A stretch of 64,000 nt of DNA from Cyanidioschyzon merolae. Taxonomy: Eukaryota. A program made the position numbers and the translations under genes. This document shows, piece by piece, positions 52,869 to 63,926 of the stretch (position 1 is its first letter; each line of letters begins with the position of its first letter). The stretch is from assembly GCA_000091205.1 (NCBI GenBank), contig AP006499.2. The stretch is one strand, 5' to 3'. The notes beneath the pieces are model-generated. The model searched no databases and was not told where the DNA came from. It saw only the letters and a program-made list of their open reading frames with translations.

Positions 52869-53651
52869 TCACTCGTCCTGATTATCCTCAGATGGAAGCT
52901 CTATGTCCTTCCCTGTTGTCGGACTAAGCAGAACACAACGACCGCCGGCTTCTTCGATCTTTCGCACCGCAGAAGATGAGAAGGCGTGCGCTTTCACTGT
53001 CAGGTTGCGCACCGTGATCTCTCCATCGCCGAGGATCTTGAACAACTTCAAATTCGTTCGATGAATGGCGCCGGTTTCAATCAGGACGTGCGGGGTTACC
53101 ACTGAGCCTTCCGCACAGGTATTCAGCGCTTTCACGTTCACTGGCTGATACTCAATGCGCCGGTGGCTTGGACCCGGAGGACGCCCACGGTACTTGGGGA
53201 TACGGCGATAGAGCGGCATCTGGCCACCCTCGAAGCCTGGCCGAATAGATCCACCGGAGCGCGACTTTTGCCCGCGCATACCGTATCCGCACGAGCCCCC
53301 TTGCCCTGCTGCAATACCCCGGCCCTTGCGTTTCTTCCGGTGCACACTGCCAGGTGCTGGAGCAAGGTTCCCCAACGTAAAGTTCTCGTTCGCTATTTCT
53401 TCCGGAATTTTGCCTTCTTTGTCCACAATTCGAATAGCTTGCAGCTCTCGTAGACCACTGTGCACGCTGTTGCCGGTAGCTACTCGTCGCGCGCTCGCCA
53501 GTCGCCACGACGACAGGAAGGGCGACGCACCAGCGTGCAGCATCGCTCGCCGGGTGCTTCCGACAGGACACCAGGCGGACTGAGTGCTCAGTGAGGCACG
53601 CAAGTGCTCTCCGCGACCACAAGACAGCCGAGGGAAAGTCAGGAACGCCAT
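52869..53651 (-). CDS. Organellar (bacterial-type) ribosomal protein uL15 with N-terminal presequence
   Basis: [49 protein letters not shown] matches bacterial L15 [44 protein letters not shown]. The ORF-track start at 53666 is GTG, so the ATG at 53651 was used. Confidence 0.8.
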   Translation of the reverse strand: [260 protein letters not shown]

Positions 53652-53930
53652 GGTTCCCCCGTGCACGCCACCCAGTCTGTTCTGTAGCCTCGAGCGCTGT
53701 GAACGCAGGCGTCAAAGTCGCTCCAGTACCGACGACGACGACGCTACTGCGCTATCGACAGTGTGCACCGGCCAGGGGCACGGCCGACGTCGTCGACGCA
53801 CCTTGCCATCTGGACATAATTGAATATTCATGAACATTTCTGAAAAAATAGACAAAGATCCATGCATGCCCCTATTCGCGCCCTGCGCACCGCAGCGCGT
53901 CGCCACTGCGACAGGGACAGCGTCACCGCG

Positions 53931-54172
53931 ATGCATCATGACCAATGGTGTCCTTGAATGTCCCTATTCTCGCCCGCGTGCTGCGCATCAGATGCACCAT
54001 GACCAATGGTGTCCTTGAATGTCCCTATTCTCGCCCGCGTGCTGCGCATCAGATGCATCATGACCAATGGTGTCCTTGAATGTCCCTATTCTCGCCCGCG
54101 TGCTGCGCATCAGATGCACCATGACCAATGATGTCCTTGAATGTCCCTATTCTCGCCCGCGTGCCGCGTCCG
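53931..54172. repeat. 61-bp tandem repeat x4 (plus a degenerate 5th copy from ~53860), each unit with a CCAAT core
   Basis: The unit catgaccaatggtgtccttgaatgtccctattctcgcccgcgtgctgcgcatcagatgca(c/t) starts at 53941 and again at 54002, 54063 and 54124. The array lies between the divergent uL15 (start 53651) and RPL4 (start 54291) genes. Confidence 0.95.
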
Positions 54173-54290
54173 TCGCCACCGGCATCCGCGCAAGGCGCTC
54201 GCGTTTCCCCCAAATGCATACTGCATCGTCTGCAAACGACGTTACAGCAGTGCTTCGTGTGCAGTGACAAGGGCCCGCGTTGCCGTAGCC

Positions 54291-55439
54291 ATGGCGTACG
54301 CATCGAGGCCGCTTGTTTCTGTGATATCGACAAAGACAGGTGAGTCTATTGGCGAGCAAGTCAAGTTGCCACAAGTGTTTCTGGCTCCGATTCGCCCGGA
54401 TGTGGTGCAGATCGTGCACACCGGCGTGGCGAAGAACGCCCGTCAGCCGTACGGTGTGAGCCGGATGGCCGGCGAGTGGGCCACTGCGCACTCCTGGGGA
54501 ACAGGTAGGGCAGTCTCCCGAGCGCCTCGTGTGCACGGAGGCGGTACGCATCGATCGGGTCAAGTGAGCGGTGCGAACTTTGCACGAGGGGCTCGCATGT
54601 TCGCTCCGACTCGTATCTGGCGACGTTGGCACGTCAAAGTCAGCCGCGGCCAGCGTCGCTATGCAGTCGCCTCGGCGCTGGCGGCCAGTGCCCTACCCGC
54701 CCTGGTCATGTCGCGTGGCCATCGCATCGACTCTGTCCCTGAACTGCCGCTGGTGCTGAGTGAGGACTCCGAGTCCCTGCGCCGTACCAAGGACGCCGTC
54801 GCTCTCCTGAAAGCGATTGGTGCATATGAGGATGTCGAGCACGCAGCGAAATCGAAGAATCAACGGGCCGGTCGCGGTAAAATGCGCAATAGGCGGTACA
54901 CTATGCGTCGGGGTCCTCTCATTATCTACGCGAATAGCGAGAAAGATCCCAAGTCGGGTGCACCAGACAACCTCAGTCGCGCTTTCCGTAATTTGCCTGG
55001 CGTCGAGTGCTGTCATGTGGAGCGCTTGAATCTCCTCCAGTTGGCACCAGGAGGTCATCTCGGCAGGTTCTGCATATTCACGAAGCAGGCCTTCGAGCGC
55101 CTTGATGAAATTTACGCCACCGGTAAGAGCGGCTTCAAGTTCCCTCGGGCAGTGATGACGCAGGCGGATCTCTCGCGTATCATCAACTCGGACGAGGTTC
55201 AGAGTGCGCTGCGTCCGATCCGACGGGTGCCGAGGTTGCCACGGTTGAAGCGCAACGCCTTGCGTAATCGCCGGATGATGCGCTTACTCAATCCTGCCTA
55301 TGATGCTTTCATACGCAAGATGAGCGAGCGTGTACCGGACGCATCACGGCGCTTGCCAGCGTCAGAGAGAGCTCGCGTCCGAGCGATTGGAAAGCGATAC
55401 ATTCGCCAGTTGCTGGACACAAATCCAACCGAAGTTTAA
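54291..55439 (+). CDS. RPL4: 60S ribosomal protein L4 (uL4, cytosolic)
   Basis: RPLVSVISTKTGESIGEQVKLPQVF...GVSRMAGEWATAHSWGTGRAVSRAPRVHGGGTHRSGQVSGANFARGARMFAPTRIWRRWH is typical of eukaryotic L4/L1e. The start was set at ATG 54291 (MAYASRPLVSV). The ORF-track start at 54141 lies inside the tandem repeat. Confidence 0.9.
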   Translation: MAYASRPLVSVISTKTGESIGEQVKLPQVFLAPIRPDVVQIVHTGVAKNARQPYGVSRMAGEWATAHSWGTGRAVSRAPRVHGGGTHRSGQVSGANFARGARMFAPTRIWRRWHVKVSRGQRRYAVASALAASALPALVMSRGHRIDSVPELPLVLSEDSESLRRTKDAVALLKAIGAYEDVEHAAKSKNQRAGRGKMRNRRYTMRRGPLIIYANSEKDPKSGAPDNLSRAFRNLPGVECCHVERLNLLQLAPGGHLGRFCIFTKQAFERLDEIYATGKSGFKFPRAVMTQADLSRIINSDEVQSALRPIRRVPRLPRLKRNALRNRRMMRLLNPAYDAFIRKMSERVPDASRRLPASERARVRAIGKRYIRQLLDTNPTEV

Positions 55440-55987
55440 AGTGATCAGTTGCTGCTATTCCGAGTTTGCCAACGTAGCTTGATCCAATCAGCCGACAGTT
55501 CGACAAGTGCGCTGGCACGGCGTCCGCGATACAAGTCGTGGTAGCGGGAACGCTGGGCGCGTCCGAACAATCGCTTACGACGCGCTTGTTCACTGCATCC
55601 GGCCTGAACTTGTCTAAAAAACGTATGACCTAGCAGGATAAGCGCCCGCTCATTTCGACACCATTGTTCGGTAGGATGCGCACCAGAAGTTATCGCCGGG
55701 TAGCGAGCAAGCATCCATCGGCGGCGTGCGGATCGAAACACCGGGGCGCACTACCCTGGCAGCGTCTCGGACTGCTGCTGATGCTGATGCGCCGCTGCTT
55801 GCCGCGTTTACAGCTGAGGCGATGAACATCACGAAATCGGGAGCCAAGTCGAGGGCTTGAATCCAACTTGATGTAGAATGCGCCCCGTCATCCGGTTGCG
55901 AACGCGGATCCTCGCTCAGAGCGTAAAGCCGCTCAGAGGCGCAACGTACGCAGGCATGCCTCCGTTCGTGCGTACCGGGGGAATGCT

Positions 55988-57877
55988 TCAGTTGCTCAGC
56001 TGGGGCGCTTGACAACGATCCCCCGTGGAATCACCACGTTCGACACTCGATTTGTCCATAGCTATGCGCAGCATTCGCACCGTCGCAGTAAAGTCGTTCG
56101 CCTCGGCCAAATCCAGGGCTGTTTTTCCGTCAAGGGTCTGCACCCAGGGCGAGGCTCCCGCAGCCAGCAGCAGCTCCACGAGATCCGCGCGATCATAGGC
56201 AGCTGCAAAATGTAACGCTGTCCAGCCCGCACGTTTTTCCTGTGCATCGATGCAGATCGGCTCTTGCGTGGGCGTCTCGAGCAGGACCCGCACGAGCTCC
56301 AGTTGTATCGCGTAGCGCTCCTCGACGCTGAGACTGTCTCGTGCCGCTCTGAGGAGCTCTTCGGCAGCTGCACGTTCATCAGCGTATCGTTCACGGGCTA
56401 TTCTTTTGCGATTTCGCAGCGCAGGCGTCGCCGACGGGCCACTCGCTGAGCTGAGACGATCGAGAAACGAGCCGACCCGCATGCGATCCTCGCGAGCGAC
56501 CGCAATATGTAGCGCTACAATGCCATCGTGCCGGGCAGTGTTCGGGTTGCAGCCCGGAGTTTCCAGCAGGATGCGAGCAACGGTTGCGTCTCGGTATTTC
56601 GCAGCGACCATGAGTGCTGTCCATCCGAGCTTGAATTCACCCGCGTTCAGCGGAGCATCCTTTGCGCGAGCCAGGAGCTCAATCACGCGTATGTCGGACG
56701 CATAACGAACAGCGGTGATCAGTGGGGTCCATCCCAATGCATCCTGCACCGTGGTCGGGTGACACACCGGTTCCGAGATCAAAATTTCGACACAGCGGGC
56801 TGCATCCGTTGAGTGGCGCACTGCCATCGACAAGGCAGTGCTCCCTTGATTCGTGGTCTTCTGCACCGAAGCCCGAAACTCGACAGCGATGACTCTGACT
56901 TCTGCGCTTGTTCGATAGCGCGCTGCGTACATGAGCGGTGTCCAGCCTTCCCGGTCGCTCTGGTCAACATCGGCGTGCGGCGCGCTCAGGAGCACCCGCA
57001 CAATCTCGGAAACATCGGGTAGTTCACTGTACCGCAAACAGTGATGGATCGCTGCCCAGCCGTTGCTGTCGACGGCATCCACGCGGGCGCCAGCGTCGAC
57101 AAGTACGCGCACTATAGGCGCATCACGGATCGAGGCTGCCAACATCAATGCCGTGGCCTCGTCTTCCGAGGTCCGTCGCTCTAGGTCTGCACCGGGCGCA
57201 GTCGCCAATAACTGCACAGTTTCTAAAACGTCATCGCACTCATTGCTTCCGGTTGCTAGCATGAGCGGCGTCCAGCCATCCGTTTTGCCATGATTCACGT
57301 CCGCGTGCCCTTCGTAGACGAGAATTCGACTGAACTCCACCGGGAGGTAGCGTGCTGCATGATGGAGCGCAGTCCACCCGGACGCATCCTGGCGATGGAT
57401 ATCGATGCCAGGCGTTTTGACCAAGAGACGAGTAATGCGGAGCGCCTCTTCACGATCCCGGTTGTGCCGCATCGCGCGTATGAGCGCAGTCCAGCCAGAA
57501 GCATCCGATTGTTGATTGACGTCTGCACCCGCTTCGAGCAGGAGGCGAACAACATTCACATCCCGGTATTCTGCCGCAAAACTTAGTGCAAAAAATCCCT
57601 GAGGTGTGGTGCGGCTCAGATCAATGCCTGGAGTGCGCACAAGTTCCCGAATAACTTCAAGGCTTTTGTTCTCGTAGATCGCGAGAATCAGGGCAGTCGC
57701 TCCCGACGCGTTCACCGGCTCGTTGACGTCAACACCGTTTCCCGTTGTTGTTAGGATTTTCCGGATTTGTCGCGGGTCATTCGCAAGGACAGCTTTTCCC
57801 AGAGGAGTGACATCACTCGTTTTCGTATCCTCCTGAGGTCGCTGCACTGGTTGCTCGCGCGACACAAAACAGCCCAT
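55988..57877 (-). CDS. Ankyrin-repeat protein (>=12 ANK repeats) with N-terminal MGC dual-acylation motif
   Basis: ANK repeats with GWT(A/P)L..A cores recur throughout, for example GWTALIRAMRHN, GWTPLMYAARY and GWTALHFAAAY. The N-terminus MGCFVS has Gly2 and Cys3. The ATG at 57877 was verified. Confidence 0.8.
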   Translation of the reverse strand: MGCFVSREQPVQRPQEDTKTSDVTPLGKAVLANDPRQIRKILTTTGNGVDVNEPVNASGATALILAIYENKSLEVIRELVRTPGIDLSRTTPQGFFALSFAAEYRDVNVVRLLLEAGADVNQQSDASGWTALIRAMRHNRDREEALRITRLLVKTPGIDIHRQDASGWTALHHAARYLPVEFSRILVYEGHADVNHGKTDGWTPLMLATGSNECDDVLETVQLLATAPGADLERRTSEDEATALMLAASIRDAPIVRVLVDAGARVDAVDSNGWAAIHHCLRYSELPDVSEIVRVLLSAPHADVDQSDREGWTPLMYAARYRTSAEVRVIAVEFRASVQKTTNQGSTALSMAVRHSTDAARCVEILISEPVCHPTTVQDALGWTPLITAVRYASDIRVIELLARAKDAPLNAGEFKLGWTALMVAAKYRDATVARILLETPGCNPNTARHDGIVALHIAVAREDRMRVGSFLDRLSSASGPSATPALRNRKRIARERYADERAAAEELLRAARDSLSVEERYAIQLELVRVLLETPTQEPICIDAQEKRAGWTALHFAAAYDRADLVELLLAAGASPWVQTLDGKTALDLAEANDFTATVRMLRIAMDKSSVERGDSTGDRCQAPQLSN

Positions 57878-59794
57878 GGAGCGCGCGGAGCTGCTGCTCG
57901 GCGTTCTGTGGCAGCGCTTTGAACCGCAACAAACCGATGGTGTTCAGAACGCGACCTGTCCTTTCCGCTTTTTCAAAAAAGAACCCGTAAGGTACCCGCA
58001 AACCTGCAAGCACGTCTAGCCGTGCCTCTCCCGTACGCTGTGCCAGGCGTCCAAAGCATCCAATCCTGGCGGGCGCAACCAGCGGCCGGGAGGCGTCGCC
58101 ATCGAACCCCAATGATGCCTGTCCAATTATGGACGATTTATTCAAATATTTTCAGGATGCGCTTCGCGCACTGAACGCGCCTCCTCTTGGATGCGGGCAG
58201 GCAAGCACACTAGCAGGCAAGTAAAAACACAGAGTTGTTTCGGCTCATGGATACAAAAGCGCATTCGTGGCATAGCATTGACAGGTAAGGATGTACGGGA
58301 CGCGTGTCGGATGGCAATGGAGCGCTGAACTGGCTGCCCTGTTCCGGCATGTCGATGTTTGAAACGTTATTTTGTAGATGGACAGCGTCGACATGCAGAG
58401 CGCAGCAATGACTGCATACGAACGCATGCGTATTTTGCGGATTCACGGTCGTGTATCCAGAGAGGCTCCTTCGAGACGCTGCTGCTGAAATCGGGTCCGT
58501 CATCGGAATCGAGATGATTTGCGACGCACTCGAACGATGCCGCGTAAAATGACGGACATCATGATTCAATGCATGTGCACAATTCGCCATGCTTCACATA
58601 AGCCAACGTGTAGCATGCTCCCATCATGCACGCTTCAAGCTTTCGATTTTTTCATTTGAAGGCAACTGGTTCGCGGAGCAATCGGTGGCGCCCGATTCAC
58701 GACTAATCAGATAGAACCTTGTCCGTCGACGATTTGTTCGCAAGTTCATGCAGAGATTTCCTGAAACTCCTCATGCCAAATCGTCGATTCGCCTCGAAAT
58801 ACAAATCCTCTCCTGTTTGTTGACATCCGCGAATCGCGATTCGACGGCAGCGGAATCGTTCTCGTACGGGAAAAGCTCCATGAGACTCCCGTCGCTCTTC
58901 TTCCCATGGGATCGAGTCTCGGTCTCGGACTTGCATCATCAAATGGATCGCATGTACTGGAGCCTGCGTCACCGCTGTGCACGAAGCGGTCGTCGACGGA
59001 TCGAGATTTCTCGACTTGGTCTCCAGCCTAGATTGTCCCACCGGTACATGTTTCATCATACACAGCATCGCGTTCCACCCATGCATTCTATCGAGTGGAA
59101 CAGCGTAAGCTTGCACGCACAGCGGACACAGTACGCGCCCAGTGTATCACCCAGAAGTAGCCTGTGATCGTCGTCCACGACAACGGGCGCGGAAACAAAT
59201 GAGAATATCTGGGAGAGCCCTCTGTACCCGTCATGCGCATGCAGCAAACGGCGAGGCAAGCGCTCACGTGCCACAGGGCTACTCTCGAACGAGCCGATTT
59301 GCTGGACACAGACGGGAACACAGCGCAGTGTCACCGCTGGGAAGCGCACACTGAGACTCGATGCAAACGACACGAGTATGGCACGCCAAGCTTTGACAGC
59401 AACTGCTGCTTCTGCATGGAAAGCGCTGACAACACCTGGACTCGTCGATATCGGGACGTTACAACTGCTGTCAACATCCTCCAACTGCTGATAACGAAGG
59501 TTTAGATATGGAACGGACCTGCATCTTCCAAGCTGGATCAGAGAGAGTGAGAGGAAAAGGAGCTTCTCTCAGATACAACACACCAAAGGCTGCTTTCGAT
59601 CAAAGGCGGAAGCTGCCAAAACGTTAGCGTCCACACCCGAGTTTCTGGAACCGTTCCGTTTTACGCTGACATGGATATAACGAAAGCAGCCGCTTCAATC
59701 ATAACGCTTTTCATGGAGATCTGAAGACCGGTTCGTTCTATCCCACATCACCCGCGCTCGACAAGAACACTCTCCCCGTCGATGCGTCGCAATC

Positions 59795-62125
59795 CTACAA
59801 TACGGCGTAATCGGCCATCACGACATTGTTCTGCGCGATGAGCATGGCGATCTCCTCGGACGATACGGTCTCCTTTTCGATCAAGAGTCGTGCGAGTTTG
59901 TCCAGAAGATGCCGATTCTTTGTCAGAATCGTTTTCGCTCGTTCATAAGCCCGATCCACGAGACGCCTCACCTCGGCATCAATAAGCGCACGCGTCGCTG
60001 CAGAGCTCGGCAGGGATCTCGAACCGAGATCGCGACCAAGAAACGGGTTTCCCGACGGCTGCTCAAGCGCTACCGGACCGAGCAGTTCCGACATACCGAA
60101 CTGTGTCACCATTCGGCGGGCGATATTGCTCACCTGCTGCAGATCATTGGCGGCACCCGTGGTGGCCTCCGACGGCCCGTAGATAATCTCCTCTGCGATG
60201 CGCCCGCCCAGAGCTACAGAGAGTTGGGACTCCAAGAACTGCCGCGTATACATACCAGACTCAGCGCGTACTTCATTCGGAGCGAAAAAGGTCACCCCAC
60301 CAGCACTGCCACGCGGTATGATGGTCACTTTGATGGGCTGGTCATAGCCGGGCGTCAGTGCGCCGACGAGCGCATGACCTGCCTCGTGGTAGGCGACAAG
60401 CTCTTTGCGACGCTCGGACATGACAGCGTCGCGTTTCGCGGGCCCCAGCAGTACCCTGTCGATGGCGTTATCGATATCTTCATTCGAGATTTCCTTCGAA
60501 TCCCGACGTGCGGCGAAGATCGCGGCCTCGTTCATGAGATTCTGGAGCGAGGCTCCGCTAAAGCCAGGCGTGCGGCGTGCCACCATTTCTAAGTCTACTC
60601 CTGCAGCCAGTGGCTTGTTCCGTGAGTGTACTTTGAGGATTTCGAGGCGACCCTTCAGATCCGGCAGGTCCACTGTAATACGTCGATCGAAGCGCCCGGG
60701 CCGCAGTAGCGCGGGATCCAGCACGTCACTGCGATTTGTCGCAGCCATCACAATAACGCCCGAGTTTCCTTCGAAGCCATCCATTTCGGTTAAAAGTTGG
60801 TTCAGGGTTTGCTCGCGCTCGTCATTGCCTCCGGCAATGCCAGCGCCACGTTGACGACCGACTGCATCTATTTCGTCGATGAAGACAATGCAGGGCGCAT
60901 TCTTCTTAGCCTGTGAAAAAAGGTCACGCACGCGAGATGCACCCACGCCAACAAACATCTCAACAAACTCCGATCCGGAAATGGAGAAGAACGGGACACC
61001 AGCCTCCCCGGCTACAGCTCGTGCGAGCAGCGTCTTGCCGGTTCCGGGCGGACCCTCGAGAATGACACCGCGCGGCACTTGCGCACCAACCTCCGTGAAG
61101 GCATCCGAATTCTTCAAGAAACTGACCACTTCCTGCAGCTCAAGTTTCGCACCGTCGCAGCCAGCCACATCATTAAACGTGATACCCGTCTTCGGAACCA
61201 TTTGCACTTTCGCCTGAGAACGGGTCAGTTCGAGCGGATTTCCCATACCCCCAGGACCAACCCCGCGACTGAAACGGCGCGATAGGAAGTACAGACCCCC
61301 GAACAGGAGCGCAGGGAAAATAAGCGAACGCAGAAAATCGCCGATTCCATTGTCTTGCTGTGCCGGCAGCACGATAATATCTACTTTGTGCTTGGTCAGC
61401 GTCGGCAAAAGATCTGGGTCATTCGGGAGCGCGTCCATTCGGAAACGATTCCCATCGGTATCGATAACGAGCGCACGCTGCATATCCGGAGAGAACGTCA
61501 CCTTCTCGATACGATCGTGTACAATCATGTCCCAGAATTCCGAGTACCGGACGTGCACATTGCGACTGTTCATTTCCTTGGCGCCGCGTGCACTGCCCGC
61601 TGGTACCGGAGCGGTGTCTCTTTCGCCTGTCGCAGGCGCCGTGCGGTTCGCGTCAACTTTAGTTGTCGTTGTTGTTGTCGTCGTCGTCATAGGCGCTGCT
61701 TGGACTGGCAGTGGGAAACCAGAGCCGCCCTCAAAGCCGTGGAGCACGATCATAGCCGCCAAGGTCGCTGCCGCAAAGCGCTGCAGCGTCCTTGACACTT
61801 TGCTACCCTTCAAGTCAGCTTCCGACGCGATGGCCAAGAACTCCTGGCGGTAACGCCCGAGATCCGCAGTGCCGTTCACCATGTTGTCACGCATTAGTTC
61901 CTGTGCGAGACGACCAATTCTTCCCAAAGAGGACGTCATCCATACCCCGTACCCACTCTGCAGTTTGTCCTTGCTGACAACACGGCTAGGGCCCTGACGC
62001 GCCCGCGTACCTGGAAACGGCGTCTCTACCAGACGCGAACGTGCAGGCTGGAGAGCACCCCCAGCACCACAGAAGCCGTGCTTCCCCGAGAGCGTCGCGG
62101 GAAAAAAGGCAAAGGCGCAAAACAT
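59795..62125 (-). CDS. ftsH: ATP-dependent zinc metalloprotease FtsH (AAA+ protease), likely organellar
   Basis: The AAA domain has Walker [23 protein letters not shown] and Walker B/SRH motifs. The protease domain has the zinc-binding [11 protein letters not shown]. The N-terminus is hydrophobic or transit-like and contains a T9 run encoded at 61663-61689. The ATG at 62125 was verified. Confidence 0.9.
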   Translation of the reverse strand: MFCAFAFFPATLSGKHGFCGAGGALQPARSRLVETPFPGTRARQGPSRVVSKDKLQSGYGVWMTSSLGRIGRLAQELMRDNMVNGTADLGRYRQEFLAIASEADLKGSKVSRTLQRFAAATLAAMIVLHGFEGGSGFPLPVQAAPMTTTTTTTTTKVDANRTAPATGERDTAPVPAGSARGAKEMNSRNVHVRYSEFWDMIVHDRIEKVTFSPDMQRALVIDTDGNRFRMDALPNDPDLLPTLTKHKVDIIVLPAQQDNGIGDFLRSLIFPALLFGGLYFLSRRFSRGVGPGGMGNPLELTRSQAKVQMVPKTGITFNDVAGCDGAKLELQEVVSFLKNSDAFTEVGAQVPRGVILEGPPGTGKTLLARAVAGEAGVPFFSISGSEFVEMFVGVGASRVRDLFSQAKKNAPCIVFIDEIDAVGRQRGAGIAGGNDEREQTLNQLLTEMDGFEGNSGVIVMAATNRSDVLDPALLRPGRFDRRITVDLPDLKGRLEILKVHSRNKPLAAGVDLEMVARRTPGFSGASLQNLMNEAAIFAARRDSKEISNEDIDNAIDRVLLGPAKRDAVMSERRKELVAYHEAGHALVGALTPGYDQPIKVTIIPRGSAGGVTFFAPNEVRAESGMYTRQFLESQLSVALGGRIAEEIIYGPSEATTGAANDLQQVSNIARRMVTQFGMSELLGPVALEQPSGNPFLGRDLGSRSLPSSAATRALIDAEVRRLVDRAYERAKTILTKNRHLLDKLARLLIEKETVSSEEIAMLIAQNNVVMADYAVL

Positions 62126-62427
62126 GTTATATTTGAATAGATGTAAACAGTGTACGAACGTTTCGCGTCCAAAGCGCTTTCACCGCACCAGAAAAACACC
62201 AACAACAACAACAAGTTCGCTGCCGATGGAATTCAACGATCAAGATACTTCGATGCACACGCGTCCTTTCACCAAGGTGATACGCGCAGCCAGCCGGGTC
62301 GACGCGATTGCGTGCGCGCTGGGGTGCATCGCGCAGGAACGCCTCGGGCAGCAGCGCCCCCGGATGCTGGCATCTGCGGTCGAGGCCGTCTGCGTGTGTG
62401 CGCGCGCGCACGCGCCATCTCGAGATC

Positions 62428-62471
62428 GGGGGAAATTGGGGGAAACTGGGGGAAATTGGGGGAATGGGGGG
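62428..62471. repeat. G-rich (GGGGGAAAYT)x4 + AATGGGGGG block, preceded by an alternating (GC/GT) tract at 62392-62416
   Basis: The block reads gggggaaattgggggaaactgggggaaattgggggaatgggggg. It lies ~300 bp upstream of the FtsH start codon. Confidence 0.9.
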
Positions 62472-63467
62472 CGACAATCCCAGGCAGCAGCAGCAGCAGC
62501 AGTATCTGCTGTGCCTGCGGTGCTGCCCGGGACTCGTCGAAACGGATCTTTGGGCAGGCAAGTGCTCACGGCGCGCGCGCGCTAACAGCGATGGAACCTC
62601 TGGGGCTAGACACACAGAATGGGAGCATCGAGGTGACGCATACAGGGGCACCAGAGCGCCGCTCCGGCTCTATTTGGCAACGGTAGCGATAGAGGCGTGG
62701 TATCGTGCAGCGGCAGGGCTGGCGTCAACGGCACGCTCGAGTCGACGTGGCACCCTGAGCACCGCTGGATCGCTCGAGACTGGATTCCGGGGAAGCGCAG
62801 GCTGCCTGGATTCGTGAAACGAGACAGCAGATATGGCGGAGCTGGGGTCTCCTCGCTTGTCAATAGTGGTGCTCGCGAATTTGGGGATAGCTTGCTTCGC
62901 AATGCAAACTATCGTACGGAAATCGAGTGGGAACGCGTCGTACGAGCGGTGACCAGGGCGGGGCGGCGAATGCGAAACGTGCATGCATGCGAATTCTACT
63001 GCGGTATGCGATCAACAAGTCTAACCCTAACTTTTGCGGAACTCATAGGTGCGACGAGGAACCATGCAAGAAACGCCAACGAAAGGTCACCTCGTGGCGA
63101 CCTGCTCCGATTTTGCGGTTTTCCACCGGCAGCGACAGCATTCTCAAACCGTACTGGCTACACCGGACGTTTGGAACAGCTCCGAGCCTTCTAACCGTAT
63201 CCAGGAGTTTGATCTTGACAAACAAAAATCCTGCTGTGCCTGAATTGGCTGGTGCGCAAGCGTCGCACTGTCTCGAAGCCTGCGGGATGAACCTGCGCAC
63301 ATACAAAGCCCCTGAGGGAGCTGTTTGGCAAACGCCCGTCTGCGATGACTGTAACATATGACAACAATGCGACGCTGCGGTTACAGGCGCGAGGCGACAT
63401 AACCGAATCCCCTGAAATGGCTTTTATGAAGATTCTCGTCTAGGATGACTGTAACCTGTGACGACTA

Positions 63468-63926
63468 TTAGGTTCTGTAGCTATTCGCGTCAGACGGCAT
63501 CACCACATGGGTGCCCTGACAATGATCACATATCCCCATACCGCTCCCGCCGCAGTGCGAACATGTCTTGCTGCTGTGTCCAAACCTTTTCACGCAGTGC
63601 GGACAGAGTACGAGACCACGACCATTGCAGGTTGTACAAGGCGTTCTGCGTGCTAGATCCGCACTTGTATACACGAGATGCGCAGAAGAGGGCGCACTTC
63701 GCTGGACAGGATGCGACAAGGCTAGGGACTCCACAGCGCCCCGCATGTATCCAGCGGCCGCATCCATCCGTTTGTCTACTGCGCTGGTCTGATCGCCAAA
63801 CCCGTTGTCGCGTCCAATGCGAGCACGCCTCTCGTAACTTGCGTTTGAAGGCTCGGTCAGCACTTGCCTCTCCGCGTGTTCGAGGAGCGCCCCGGCTGCG
63901 CGGGCTTGGAGCCAAATCGCTTGCAC
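63468..63926 (-). CDS. DnaJ-type zinc-finger (CxxCxGxG x4) domain protein, BSD2-like small protein; 5' boundary uncertain
   Basis: The C-terminus carries CTTCNGRG, CPHCVKRF, CSHCGGSG and CDHCQGTH. The ORF-track start at 63926 is GTG, and the first in-frame ATG is at 63767. The gene lies close to the window end. Confidence 0.4.
   Translation of the reverse strand: MQAIWLQARAAGALLEHAERQVLTEPSNASYERRARIGRDNGFGDQTSAVDKRMDAAAGYMRGAVESLALSHPVQRSAPSSAHLVYTSADLARRTPCTTCNGRGLVLCPHCVKRFGHSSKTCSHCGGSGMGICDHCQGTHVVMPSDANSYRT

Noticed and set aside
54141-54290. ORF-track N-terminal extension of RPL4
   Set aside because: It lies inside the 61-bp tandem array. RPL4 homology starts at MAYASRPLV (54291).
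62428-62471. True telomere or chromosome end
   Set aside because: There is only one exact AATGGGGGG unit and the other units differ (G5AAATT and G5AAACT). The block is interstitial, with unique sequence and a gene on both sides.
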